Shown here piece after piece: positions 25,136-38,873 of a DNA stretch of 64,000 nt; the stretch's first letter is position 1; the number at the start of each line of letters is the position of its first letter. The position numbers were made by a program, and so were the translations under genes. The notes below the pieces were generated by a model. The model was not told the DNA's origin, made no database searches, and saw nothing but the letters and a program-made list of their open reading frames with translations. Source of the DNA: Octopus vulgaris (lineage: Eukaryota); NCBI GenBank assembly GCA_951406725.2, contig OX597822.1:42594001-42658000 (forward strand), read 5' to 3'.

Positions 25136-26683
25136 GCCAAGCGTGCTGTATTATTTTTTGATTTTCTAAGCAAGGAGTCAATGCTATCTCTTCTGAATAA
25201 AATAGAATATCTGTAGCAACATTCCCAAGATAAACTGGTGTAAAGCTGATATAATATTCCCCTGATGATTTGGTGCAACCAAGATACATTGGGGAATGTT
25301 CCATCAACTTGACTTTTACCCAAAGCATTATAGGCATTCCTGTTTTTGTCACCTGAAGAATTGCACATAGTAAGAAACTTTAAATAATAACAGTGAATCA
25401 TTAGCTTCTAAGGAATATGCGTGTATGTATTTTTTTTTATTCATTAAAAGCTCAAAATTGTCTATTCATTGAAGTTTTGCTGACACATGGCTCATCAGGT
25501 AATGTGAGGTAAAGTCTATGATCAATAACAGGTGGTCTATCCGAAGCAGCGTTCTCCAGATAATCTCTTGCTACTTGGATAGATAAGAAAGCAGTCCATT
25601 TAAAGTAATCATCCCCAGATGATCCAATGCTATCTGGATAGATAAGATGGCAGTCCATCAGCGGTGACATCCCCCACCCTGATGATCAAGTGGTAATTGT
25701 TCCACCAGCTGTGGGACATTAATACACAAATGATTGCAGGCCTGTTGGTGGCAGTCCAGTATCAACCCTACTTCCACAAACACATCATCATCACCACCTT
25801 AGCTTCTGTTTTTCTAAGTCATTTCTCTCATTCCAGATTCATCTTGTTTACCAGACCCAATACCCTCAAATGCAACTGTTTACTATTCTCACACACTACC
25901 CCATCTCCAATATTCATCTGCTGCAGCTATTCAGCTCACAGCAATCATATAATTAATTAATTGATGATGAAATTAGGATGGTAGAGCTAATCCTTTGCCC
26001 AGTTTAATATCACCACTTGGAATATGAATGCCTTTAACAAAGTAGCATGGGGTCAGCTTATGATGAGGAGAGGAGGTGTTGGAAGAGAATAGAATGAGGA
26101 AGAAGGAAGGAGAGAATGAGGAGATGGGGATCTGACTACTACCACCATTGGACGGTTTAAAATCTACAGGATAGTGAGAAAAAAAAAGGTAGAATGGCTA
26201 CTAAAATAGCATACATGGCATACTGTGCAGTGTTTTGTGTGTATCTATTGTTATGGTGGGTGTAATTTAGCCCCAGGTCAACCCTGACTGAGACCTATGA
26301 TCAAAAGTGCTCCAACAGTGACTATCTCACCTTTTTGTATATCAAGGCCTACATCATCTACATAGTTCTTCCACATTTAATACAGGAGAGTGTAATTTGA
26401 GTGAAATTTACCAGCTATTTCTAGCAAGTCAAACTACCAAATAAAGAAGACCTGTCACACAGTACTCTAAATATAGTGTTGCTGTGAAAATGAGGTTAAG
26501 CGAATCATCAAAACAATACGAGTGAGGGCTAAATTATCTCAAGGGGGTATTCAGCCTCATGGATAGACACCCAAGAGGGCCTCACATATGTGATATAGAG
26601 AAGTGGAAAACTGACAGATTGAGACTTTCAGAAATATTGAAATAATAATCAATAATAACGAAAGCAGTATTAATACCAAAAGA

Positions 26684-27027
26684 TAATATTTATCACCAGT
26701 TAAAAGTGGATGTTGGGTTAGAACGCAGGATACTGTGACAGTTAATTTGAGAAAACCAGAAACTCTTGTATGGACTTTCGGTGCATACAGGCACACTTGT
26801 TTATACTGCTAGTGGAAGATAATCAAGTGCTATCACAAAGAAGGCTCAAATTATGTGATTTGGTAGTCCTGGCAGGAGTGATAGTGGCTGATTATTTCCC
26901 ACTGGCGGTATAAACAAGGGTGTATGTACCAAAAATCCATATTGAGAAGTTCTGATTTGCTCATGGTACCTATTGCAGGATTCTGTATGTTAATATGACA
27001 TCCACTTTTAAGTGGTGACAAATATTA
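26684..27027. repeat. Fold-back repeat (~140-bp arms)
   Basis: TAATATTTATCACCAGTTAAAAGTGGATGT / ACATCCACTTTTAAGTGGTGACAAATATTA; inner arms CTTGTTTATAC / GTATAAACAAG. Confidence 0.75.
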
Positions 27028-29458
27028 CTTATTGAATTAATGTCCATAAAGAGTGGATCTGGTAGATGGAAGAGTGGATCTTGTGAGTGGATCTGGTAGA
27101 TGGAAGCTGAAAGAAGTCTGTCACAAGTGTGTGTGTTTATCCCCCATCACTGCTTGACAACTGGTATTGGTGTGTTTATGTTCCTGTAACTTAGCGATTT
27201 GGCCAAAGAGAACAATAGAATAAGCACTAGGCTTACAAAATAAGTCCTGGAGTCAATTTGTTCGACTAAAAAACAAAAACCCTTCAAGGTGGTGCTCTAG
27301 CATAGCTGCAGTCATATGACTGAAACAAGTAAAAGAATAAAAGAATATTCTACACAAGGCAGAATGTTTATGAAGAGAGTATGTATGCTATCAGGTTATG
27401 CTGGGTCTGAAGAGAAGACAGGGACACAATGATGGCTGCACGATTTCAAAGGTCACTTCACAATCAAACATTTTCTTAAACTTTCAGATTCAATAATTTT
27501 ATCAATCAACATTACACCCATGTTCAGGATATAATTTACTATTTTGCAAAAGTTATCATTGAAATGTTCAATGTCTGATTCCACTGAATGGCACATTGGG
27601 CAAAGTATCTTCTACCATAGCTTTGGATTGCCCAATGCCTTCTTAGTAGAATTTGGCAGAGAGAAATTGTGTGGAAGATCATCATTGATTGCTTGGTTAA
27701 TATCCCTACCATGGGTCAAATGCAATAATTTAAACCAGGTCCCCTTGGATTATGTTCCTCAAGAAGGGGATCCTCTAAAAACAGTGAAAGGCACAGCACT
27801 TCTTACAGGGACTAGACTATCTTTTAGCTTTTGCTTGTTTCAGTCAGTAGACTGTGGTCATGCTGGGGCACCACCGTGAATCTTTAGTCAAATAAAATGA
27901 CCCCAGTGTGTATTTTATAAGTCTGGTACTTATTCTATCAGTGTCTTTTGCCAAACTGCTAAGTTACAGGGATGTAAACACACCAACACCGGTTATCAAG
28001 CAGTGGTGGGGGACAAACACAGACACAAAGGCACACACACATATCTATCTACATACACACACAGAGAAACGATGGGCTTCTTTCAGTTTCCGTCTTCCAA
28101 ATCCAATCACAAGACTTTGGTTAGCCTAAGGCTATAGAAAACATTTGCCCAGAGTGCCATGCAGTGGGACTGAACTAAGAACTATGTAGTTGGGAAGAAA
28201 ACTTCTTATTACACAGCCACACCAGTATACACACACACACACAATACAAAAAAACAAAAACAACTCATCACAATCGTTCCTGATGACAGGCTTCTCATTA
28301 ACTTGCCAGCAACACCTAATTATGATTATCTTATAACAGACCACTGTCATAGGCTGTATAGGGAGGTGCACAATTAAGCTCAATCCAGGTTTGCTGAATT
28401 GTCACCACACTTCATAGATACAACAGTATGTTGTAAAGGTGTTCCCCTACCCAAACCACTGAATACACAACTCAGATATAATGGTGGGCCTAATGTAAAC
28501 CTAAGGGACTCACTACAGTTTAGTTTCTAGTCATGTTATTTTGGATTTTAAGCTTATCACAGTAATATCTTGTATGTAATACATACACACATGATATGCA
28601 TACATAACACTAAGAATGTAAACATACACATGACAAGCTTATTCTGTGCACATACATATCAATCGCTCATAAGGACACTGTATTTCCACATTCAACCCTA
28701 ATATACTGCTAAGTGTATTAAAAGCTTATGAGTCAATACTGTGTCCCACCTGTGTTAGCAGTGCAATCCAGTCATTTTTTCAAGTCATCTCTATCAGATT
28801 TTCCAAAGAAATTAGAGCCAGTACTGAATGTTATGTTTCATATACAAATATGTTTATGCAAGTAATATGACAGAAAAATAGTTAATAGGTGTATATGCTG
28901 GTTCTAATTTCTATAGAAAATCTGTAGAGGTGACTTTAAGGTAGCAGAGTCTATTTAAAGTAATGATCCCCAGATGACCTGACGCTATCTAGATAGATAA
29001 GATGGCAGTCCATCAGTGGTGACATCCTCCACCCTGATGATCTAGTGGTAATTGTTCCAACAGCTGGGGGACATTGAGTAGCCTACATTAATACACAAAT
29101 GATTGCAGGCCTGTTGGTGGCAGTCCAACATAGAAAAAATGATATACATATATTTTTAAATGATATACATAGCCACTACACACATTTTTTCTCTCCTTGT
29201 TTTTTTCTGTCTCCCTTTCTGTAGAAGAGCGTAGGCTCAAAACGTAAAAAACTTTTTCTATTCCTGAGCGTTATACTAATACATTTGTTTGTTTTGTACA
29301 CCACTTGTCTTCGTCTTTTGTTTTTTCGTAAACTCTCCCTATATATATATATATATATATATATATCCATTTGTATCAGGTCATTCCAAAAGTTATGTCT
29401 GAATAGTGTTCTATGTCCTCCTTAAGACAGTGATAAACCTCAATCTATAATGATTAGG

Positions 29459-29726
29459 AGTAAAGATTATTTGCCAATATAACATGGCAGTCTTGGTTTA
29501 GGACGAATGTCGCTGTAATTTAGCCCCAGGAGACATTGTCTCCAGCTGGCTATATGACACGATGTGTCCTTATATTTTTGAACAAGGGAATCTAGCACCC
29601 CCATCAAAAATATAAGGACACATCATGTTGTATGACCAGCTGGAGACGATGTCTCCTGGGGCTAAATTACAGCAACATTAGTCCTAAACAAGGACTGCCA
29701 TGTTATGTTGGCAAACAATCTTTACT
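29459..29726. mobile_element. Hairpin MITE (~120-bp TIRs, short spacer); 5'-truncated second copy at 30877-31077
   Basis: AGTAAAGATT...AATCTTTACT ends with near-continuous complementary arms. Confidence 0.8.
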
Positions 29727-32700
29727 GTTGCTGAATATCTCTCATGAGATTTAATAGTAATTTTCTATAATGATTAGTTTAATAAATAATAGTCAATACC
29801 AGTCATGAGATGTGGGAGAGGAGACTCCAACATGGAATATGATGCATTTATGCTTATATGAGAGTTTTTCATTATTCCTGGATGTTAGTAAGACTGGAAA
29901 AAGCTTCATCATTAGTAGTATACATGCCACATCAGATATAAGAAGCATAATTAGATTTCAGTCTGTAGGGTACACACACGCGCGCACACACACACACGTA
30001 AGTGTAGTTTACGGGTTTAAAACCATTGGATAGATTTTCAATCTGATGTTTATCTTATCAATTTTTTTTGTAGAGCTGCTAAGTTCTGAGACATGAGACA
30101 TGACAAACAATAACAGATTCAAACAAACACACATACACACACGAAGGGCTATACACCATATTCTGCTCACAAGGTATTTGGTTGACTTGAGTCCACAGTA
30201 GAAGACACTGCACAAGTGGCTATGCAAGGGCATCAAACCTGGAATCGATTGGTTAATAGTTTGGTCTGGAGAGAAGAAGGAACTGTTGTTAGAATCCGCC
30301 CAGGTCCTCCAAAGACCAGTGAAATCAAAGCAGGTGGTGGTGTCCTCTTAATTCCATGTTGACAGCTGTAGTAGAAACATGGTTAGGGAAGATATTTTAG
30401 TGGGGAGGGAGGAGGTGGGGGTGAGGGGTCGAATGGATAGACTGATTGATGTAGGGGTATACAATGTAAGTAAAGAGAGTGAAAGAAATGAGTGGAGAGT
30501 AGGTGGAGGAGTAGAGGCTACTGTAGTAGCAGTAGAAATGACAAATAGGAGACAACATGCCTATGGAGACAAAAGGTTGGAGTATGTTCATGACTTCATG
30601 TCACTGAATTGTGTGGTTATTTTTTTAGTGGGTGTGATTTAGGGTATAGCAATGTGTAGCAGCAGCACTGTACTTTTTGTGGGGGCAGTACTTCAAGCAT
30701 TCCTTCGGTATTGGTTTAGAGATTGTCAATAAGAGACAAGAGCACTCACCCTCTTTTTCAGCCTAGTCTCTTATTCTATATCATGAGGGAAGGTTGTGTA
30801 GGTGACTGACATCATGTACCAATATTCACCATAGTGAATCTCATTTGAACTTTAAATAGTGGGAGAGAGAGAGAGATCGTCTCCAGCTGGCTATACAACA
30901 CGATCTGTGTCCTTATATTTTCGAACAAGGGAGTCTAGCATCCCTACTCAGCTCAAAATTATAAGGACACAGATCGTGTCATATAGCCAGCTGGAGATGA
31001 TGTCTCCTGGGGCTAAATTACAGCAACATTCATCCTAAACCAGGACTGCCATGTTATATTGCCAAACAATCTTTACTACAAAGTACTGTTGCTGAATATC
31101 TCACGTTGTGAGATCTAAAAATAGTAATTTTCTAAATTCACTCCAGTACTTATTTTTTAAAAATCTGGTACTTTATCAATCTGTTTTGCTGAACTGCCAA
31201 GTTATGGAGACATAAAAAAACCAATACATACACACAAACTTTCATACAATTTCTGTCTACCAAAGTCACTCACAAGGCAGCTTGAAACTATTGTAGAAGA
31301 CACTTGTCCAAAGCGCTGTGCAGTGGAGCCGAACTCAAAACTGTATGACTGCAAAGCACACCTCTTAACTGTGCAGTGATGTCTGCACCCAACTCTGAGT
31401 AACAAGAGAGAAGATGAGAAACAAAACGAAACCCTGACAATCCTAGTTAACTGTTCAGAAGAACATCAAAACAGGAATACTAAATTACTGGATAAAATTC
31501 ATTAATGAACATTAGGGTAACAGTGGCAGAGGAAGACTGGACATTTACTGACCACTCCAGGTAAAAAGACCGCTGGGAAAGAAGGGGGAAGAGTGGGGAG
31601 TGAGAAAAAGAGATTTTGGTGAATTCTCTGAATAATCAAGAACTTGATGAGTAATTATGGAGATTTGTTCAGTTTGCACATATATGTATATACACCTAGA
31701 TATACATACATGTGTGTGCATGTGTGAGAGAGAAGGCATGTGGCCTAGTGGTTAGTGTATTGCACTCATATTCACAAGACTGTAGCTTCAATTCTCAGAC
31801 CAGGTGATGCATTGTTTCCTTGAGCAGAACACTTCATTTCACATTGCTCCAGTCTACTCGGCCGTAAATGAGTAACCCTGCAATGGACTGTGATGTTATT
31901 CAGGGGGAATGTTCGCCTGTCCACCTGGCCAGTGGTGTGGTAGCATTTAAAAGTTACAATAATGCAAGGAAGCACATTGTGACTAGTGATGAATAACATC
32001 TGAGAGTTTGATTGTTACAGTGTGATATATATATATACACACACATACATACATACACACACACATGCATGCACACAGAAATACATATACACACATAAAT
32101 GTGTACATCTATCTCTGTACATATAGATATGACTGTAACAGTCAAAGGTCAATACTTAAGGATTTTTTTTAGACAAGTTCGTACAAGGAGGGGTAACACA
32201 TGTAATTTCTGTAAGCAACCCACCCCTGCCCCATTCTCCATCTTCCACCACAAATAACATTGATGCACAACTTTGATATCTGGGGTGGGAAATAATTCTG
32301 AGGAAGGATTTTTTTTTTGAGTTCTAGGATTCATAAGGCCAGGGCTTGACCTGGTTTCCTTGGTATATAAGCAACTGGGTTTACAGCATACTCCTCACCC
32401 TGGATGGTATGCCAGTCCACTGCAGAGTTAACTTCCCAGCCATTGCAAGAACTCATTTACAGCGGAGTGGACTAGAACAATATTAAAGTGTGTTGCTCAA
32501 GAATGTAACATACTACCTGGTCTGGGAATCAAATCTACATTCTTATGATTACAAGTACAACACCCCAACCCAGTGATTCCCAAAGTGGGGCCTATGCCCC
32601 ACCAGTTGGGCCTATGCCCCACCAGTTGGGCCTGGGATCCAATTTTTTGCTTTTTTTTTAAGTGGGACCTGGAATTGTGAAAATCTTTTTTACATAGCAA

Positions 32701-35239
32701 ACATACTATACCTATATATTTCTTTATTGCCCACAAGGGGCTAAACATAGAGAGGACAAACAAGGACAGACAAAGGGATTAAGTTGATTACATCGACCCC
32801 AGTGCGAAACTGGTACTTTTATTTATCGACCCCGAAAAGATGAAAGGCAAAAATACCTATACTGAGCCTAGCCAAACCAATCCCTCCAACCAAGCATACA
32901 GTGTGAAGACTGTTTGCTACAGTATAGCACTATTCTAATGCTTTAGTATGGATATTTCTTTAAAGAAAGTGTATAATTATGAAATATTGAAAATAAAGTT
33001 TGTTTTTTTACTCCAACCAACGGTGGGCCATACATTTTTCTGGAAAGTTATGGTGGTCCTGGGGGTAAACAGATTGGGAAGCACTGCCCTAATTGCTAGC
33101 TTAGATACCCACACAGAGGAAAGATTAGATCCAAGTTATTTAGTGATGGATCTGAGAAAGAGAGGAAGAAAGACAAGTGTCTTTTGGGTGGGAGTTTGGG
33201 CTATATAGCTAGGTAGATGAGGAGAGGCTGCTGGAGTAGAAGTAGAGAGTAGGGAGAGAGGGACAGAGAGAGACAGAGAGAAAATGCAGTAGATCTGTAG
33301 AGCCAATGCATTAGTGATGGAACCATTACTGGTTTTACTGTGGATTGGATCTAGGGTGTGTGTGCGTGTGAGTGTGTGTGCGTGCGTGCATGCACACATG
33401 TGTACACATGCAACAACTGTAGCAATACTGTGCCATAAATAAGGGTGGTTCTGTAATGTGGGTGTAAGATATTTGTGTGTAATAGCAGCAGCACTGCCCC
33501 ATAGATCAAGCATGTCAAACCGCAGAGTCTCCATGGGCTGCATTGCCAACATATATGTTGGGGCTGCAGCTTTTTAAACGCAAATTTACAACAAAGATTT
33601 CTGTTGTATCAATTCTTTGTTATTAAGTAAAAGTCTTTTAAAGCCTTTTATTTGCTCATCAATAATCCAATTTTTATTCATTAAAATTATTTTCATTAAA
33701 AATTTTGGGGGATCTCCATTTTTAAACCAATGTGTCACTAGCAGTCCACACATGTTTGACATGCCTGCCATAAATGAGAGAGAAAGAGAGAGAGAGGGAG
33801 GGAGGAAGGGTGAGAGAAAGAGTGTGTGTGTGTGCGTGCACATTTTTTTTTGCGTATGTATAACAGCCATGCTATCCCTTAGGTGTGGATCCTAACTTTG
33901 CTTAAGTTTAAATCAAGGCTGTAGTATTCGTTGTGATGCAGATTGTATAAACAATATAGTGAGTTTAGTTGTGTATCGTCTACACAAAGAGACTGTTTCT
34001 TTCATGTATAGAGACTGTGTCTTTGTATTGAGGAAAAGCACAAGGTTTTCATGCCACCAGAGGAGATTTTCATAGACTCTGCTGATGGAGTCAGTGCTAT
34101 GTTTGATGTGAAGTTTTTCACTTATCCATGGATGACACTTATGTGCAGGATGTTAAGCAAAATGTAGTCTTGCCTGTACAAGTGTGGGATAAGAAATAGC
34201 AGTAAATATATTATTAATGAACAGAAGAGCACGGAAGACACAACGTTGTGTTGCACTGGAATTGATAGAAAGTGAAATTAGCTGTTGATAGTATTTTTCC
34301 AGACTGTATATACACTTGTTTATATTGACAATATATTTATATATAGAGATGCTGTATTTTGAATGATTTGCTTTGCTGTTGTCATCAGGTGCATACAGAT
34401 TCAAACCATATTGATAACAGGAACCTTAAGAATGAAGGATAAGAATATAATCTATCAGTACATGTATCAGTGGCCTAGAGCAGTGCTAGTCAAAGTGGTG
34501 GTCCGTGGGCCGGTGCTGGTCTATGGCCAGTTTCCAGAAAAGAAACATTATAAAAATGATTATAAAATGCTAATGTGATATTGTATTATTTGTTTACAAA
34601 ATAAACAGAAGATAAAAAAAGTCAACTTTTATTATATTCATTATATAGTTTCTGGTATAAATTAATATTACTAAGAAATATTACTGGTCCCTGGCACATT
34701 GGAAAAAAAAAACTGCTGGTATGCCACTTCAGACAGTTTGAGAAGCACTGGCCTAGAGGATAGGGACATAATTACTCTTAGTTTTAAAGAAAGGTTCTAA
34801 GTTCAAACATAGCTTGAGCTCATGTTGATATCCAAGAATAAGACACCTGATGACAACCAGGCATCAAACCATTTAAAATGTAATGTAAAAATATGTAAAT
34901 ATATTTGGATAAATAGGTGAAAACTAGATATGCTCAGTATAGAAAACATGTAATAAGGAATTGAACAGAAATTCCGAATTCTTCATCCAGGACTATCTAT
35001 CTATCTATCTATATATGCATACATCATCATCATTTAATGTCCCCCTTCCATGCCGTCATGGGTTGGACTGTACATGTATATATGTGTCAAGCCTAAATGT
35101 GTCTATGTGCATTACTATCTCCATATCAGCTCACTTGGTTTTCTTTTATTTATATGTAAATATATTTATATATGTAAATACATTAAAAAATGCGTGTAAA
35201 TATATTGTATATATAAACTGGAAAAATGAAGGTAATGAT

Positions 35240-35640
35240 CTGAATAATTATAATAACAATTCTTTGTTAAAATCTAATGTTCATATTCAGGAATGAGAAC
35301 CATTTGAAAATAATTATACAATGAACCAACTGAACAGTGATGAAGATATAAATATTGTAAATATACACTGGCAAATGATAATCTTGTAAGTTGACAAGGA
35401 GTTCAGTGAGGGATTTAGCCTGCAGGTAGATGTCCATCAGAGCTTGGTTTTCACCTATTATAATTATTCAGGCCATAACAAACGAGTTTAAGACAAGTTA
35501 TCTGTGAGAAATCCAGCATACTGACAACCTAGTTCCCATAGATATATCTGTTGAAGAATCAGAATAGATATTTCAAAGACAAGATAAGACTACTTTCATC
35601 TAGGAAGTGATCTTACTTGATATGTAGAATTAGAGTAGGT
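35240..35640 (-). mobile_element. Possible decayed Penelope-like reverse transcriptase fragment
   Basis: Remnants DISMGTRLS (like GxAMG), YIYNI (like YIDDI) and FSFLNMNI (like FLD) in the expected order, with stops. Confidence 0.35.
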
Positions 35641-35819
35641 TGGAATTTGATACAGTGTACTAAATGCTAACTCTGGAAGTATAAGTTATGTAGTGGGATC
35701 AGACAGAAGCTGGCTGAGAACCAGAAAAGGTAGACTTTATATGGGGCAAACAAGAAAGAGTAGTTAGCTGTAAGAGTACACATGAACTACATTTGAACTA
35801 CGTATCACCTTCTGAAAAG

Positions 35820-36380
35820 GCTCTCTAGAAGTAGTTGATAGCTTCTGTTATCTAAACGACCTAATTAGCAGTGAAAGTGGGTATTTTGGAAGCCTACTAG
35901 CTACAATAAGAACAGGCTGGAAAAAGTCCAAGGTTTATCACCTCTGCTGCAAACAAAGAGAGTCTTCTGAGAGAAGGGCAGAGGGTTCAACGTGTATAAA
36001 GTGTCGTGTTGTTTGGTCGAGAAACATTAGTAGTGAAGGAGGTGAATGTATGAAGGTTTGAAAGAAATGAGGTGAGCATGCTCTGCTGGATATGCAATGT
36101 TAGTGACTGTGACAGATAAGCACACATGAGTTGAGAGAAAACTCAGTAGGTACAGATATGTGATGCTGGGTTAAAGTGCCATATGATTCACATGGAAGGA
36201 ACTTGGTGAAGAAGTAGACAGAGAAAAACATGGGAAGAAGTGGTGAAAACTGATCTCAAGAGGCTGAACTTTATGAAAATGATGACTGATGACAAATGTT
36301 TGTAACAAGTGGCAAGATGTTGCACTGAGGAAGATTGTTCCAACTCATGCCAGCATAGAAAAATGGACATGAAATGATGA
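35820..36380 (+). mobile_element. RTE-clade LINE 3' fragment
   Basis: LEVVDSFCYL.DLISS...IRTGWKK followed by the CCATGCCAGCATRGAAA..GGAC tail common in this window. Confidence 0.65.
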
Positions 36381-36569
36381 TGTATGTTTAATATAAATAA
36401 ATAACAATAATGAATGTTTCATGTAATATATTTAAAACAATAAATCATTGAGTTTAATTACCCAGAGGCACCATCTGCATGAAAGCAATAGTTATGTTAA
36501 TAGTGTTAACATATTTAATGTAGTGAACATTAAAATTACTTTATCAAGTACAGTTTAATGTAGGTTTCA

Positions 36570-36600
36570 CTGAGGAGGTCTATTAAGACTGAAACATGTC
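36570..36600 (+). ncRNA. Hammerhead core intact, stem I not evident
   Basis: CTGAGGA-ggtct-atta-agact-GAAAC-at-GTC with palindromic ACATGT. Flanks do not pair. Confidence 0.45.
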
Positions 36601-37112
36601 ATAAGTTATCTCCTGTGTTTAGCGTTGTGGTGGTGATTGCGAGTGTAATAGGATATGGTCATAAATTCTTGAAGTTTAAAAGGAAATGAAATAACAAAAA
36701 TAATGATAATTAAAAAAAAAATCTAATAATGATTTCTTAGTGCAAGATTAGAAATTTATGGGCAGTTGGCACTAGTCAGCTGACCTAATCCCAGTATATA
36801 ACTGGTATGTATTTCATAATCATTGAGGCATGAAAGGAACTACTGCAAGTTATTGTTTTTGACCTTCCACCAATGCTAACTGATCAATTGTTTATAATAT
36901 TTTGTAACAAAGGAACAAGACCAGTGTAGGTTTTCTCCAAAACATTGTCTTAAGAAACCCCACCCCCTTAGATCCTGTATGCAAAGTTGGACCACCCATA
37001 AACTAATTTTGTGTTTAACGCTTATTATTATAAGTTCATATTGATCCAGATGGTCTTTTCTACTGAACCTAACTCCATAACAATAACATTTAGTTAAACA
37101 TCATTATTATTA

Positions 37113-37863
37113 TTAAGTGAGAGAGCAGTGCATGCCATCAAAGTGACACTGGGGTAAAATATACGAAGCCCAGTATAACCATCATGACTACCGGTCTGAT
37201 AAGGGTACACCAGACACATGCATCACAACCATATGTGTGTGTGACATGGTGATCTCATATCAAGATAAACAGCACATGACCTTGCAAGTGGTGCCCAGTT
37301 AGAATTTTCTTTAGGTCAAGTAGCTCACCATGCTCAAAAGGTCCTTGAATAAGGGTTGTTTAAGGATGTTGAACAAAACACCCATGTAATAAAATGGGCT
37401 ATAGCAAATATTCTGCTCAATACCACAGATTTGCTTGTCAGTTGTTTGACTTTAACCAGTTGAGCATGTCCCTTAATGGCTGACGATATATGTATCGCTG
37501 ATCACAAGCAGAAGTAGTGGGGGAACATCATAGCCATGTGTTCAGAGGGATTCTTTGGGGTTTGAATAATTCACCTTTGGAAATACAGGTGTTTCATTCA
37601 ACATCCTTAAACAATCCTTATTCAGGGACCTTTTGAGCGGGGTGGGTTACTCGACCAGAAGAAAATTCTAACTGGGCCCCACCTGCAAGGTCATGTGCTG
37701 TTCATCTTGATATGAGATGAACATACACCATGTGACACACACATGGTTGTGATGCACGTGCCTGCTGTACCCTTATCAGACGGGTAGTCACGATGGGTAT
37801 ACTGGGCTTCGTACATTTTACCCCAGTGTCACTTTGATGGCATTCACTGCTCTCTCACTCAAT
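37113..37863. mobile_element. Large MITE / fold-back element (~270-bp TIRs, ~200-bp spacer)
   Basis: AGTGAGAGAGCAGTG.ATGCCATCAAAGTGACACTGGGG / CCCCAGTGTCACTTTGATGGCAT.CACTGCTCTCTCACT. Confidence 0.85.
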
Positions 37864-37889
37864 AATGATGATGATAATAATAATAATAA

Positions 37890-38810
37890 TAATGGTTTCC
37901 AATTTTGGTACAATGCCAGCAATTTTGGGGAAGTTGGTAAGTCAATTACATTTACCCCAGTACTTAACTGGTACTTATTTTCTCAACCTTGAAAGGAAGA
38001 AAGGCAAAGTTGATCTTGTCAGAATCTGAACACACAATGAAAAGATAGATGAAACGTTGCTAAGTATTTTGTTCAGCATGGCAACGAGTCTACCAGCTTG
38101 CAGTTATATAATAACAATAATAAGGATTTCAAATTTTGGGGAAGGGGGTCTAGTGGATAATATCAACCCTAGCGCACGACTGGTACTCGTTTTATCAGGC
38201 CTAAAAGGGTGAAGGGTAAATCTGACCTCGGCGGGATTTGACCTCAGAATGCAAGGAGTCAGGAGAAATATTACTAGGTATTTTTCATTGAGTATCTAAT
38301 GATTCTGACAGCTCTTTATAATAATAATAATAATAATAATAATGATAATAATAATAATAATGGCTTTAAATTTTGGCACAAGGCCAACAATTTCAATGGA
38401 GGGCTAAGTCAATTACATTGAACCCAACACTTAACTGGTACTTTTTTTTTATCGACCCCAAAAGTATGAAAGGTAGTCGGCCTTGCTGGAAATTGAACTC
38501 AGAATGTTAAGACAGACACAATGCCGCAAAACATTTTGCCTAGCATGCTAACGATTCTGCCAGCTTGCCACCTTCATAGTAATAATAATGATGATGTTTT
38601 CAAATTTTTTGTCACAAGAGCAGCTTGGGGGTGGGGATTAAGTCAACTACATCGACCCCAGTGCGTAACTGGTACTTATTTAAGTGACCCTGAAAGGATG
38701 AAAGGCAAAGTTGACCTCAGTGGAATTTGAACTCAGAATGTAGTGACGGGGTGAAATACCGCTAAGCATTTCGCTTGGCATGCTAATGATTCTGCCAGCT
38801 CACAGCCTTA
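37890..38810 (-). mobile_element. Tandem array of ~4 SINE family B copies separated by (AAT)n; similar arrays at 40703-41290 and 49478-49950
   Basis: Repeated head-to-tail SINE bodies read directly. Confidence 0.8.
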
Positions 38811-38823
38811 GTAATAATAATAA

Positions 38824-38873
<50 letters not shown>

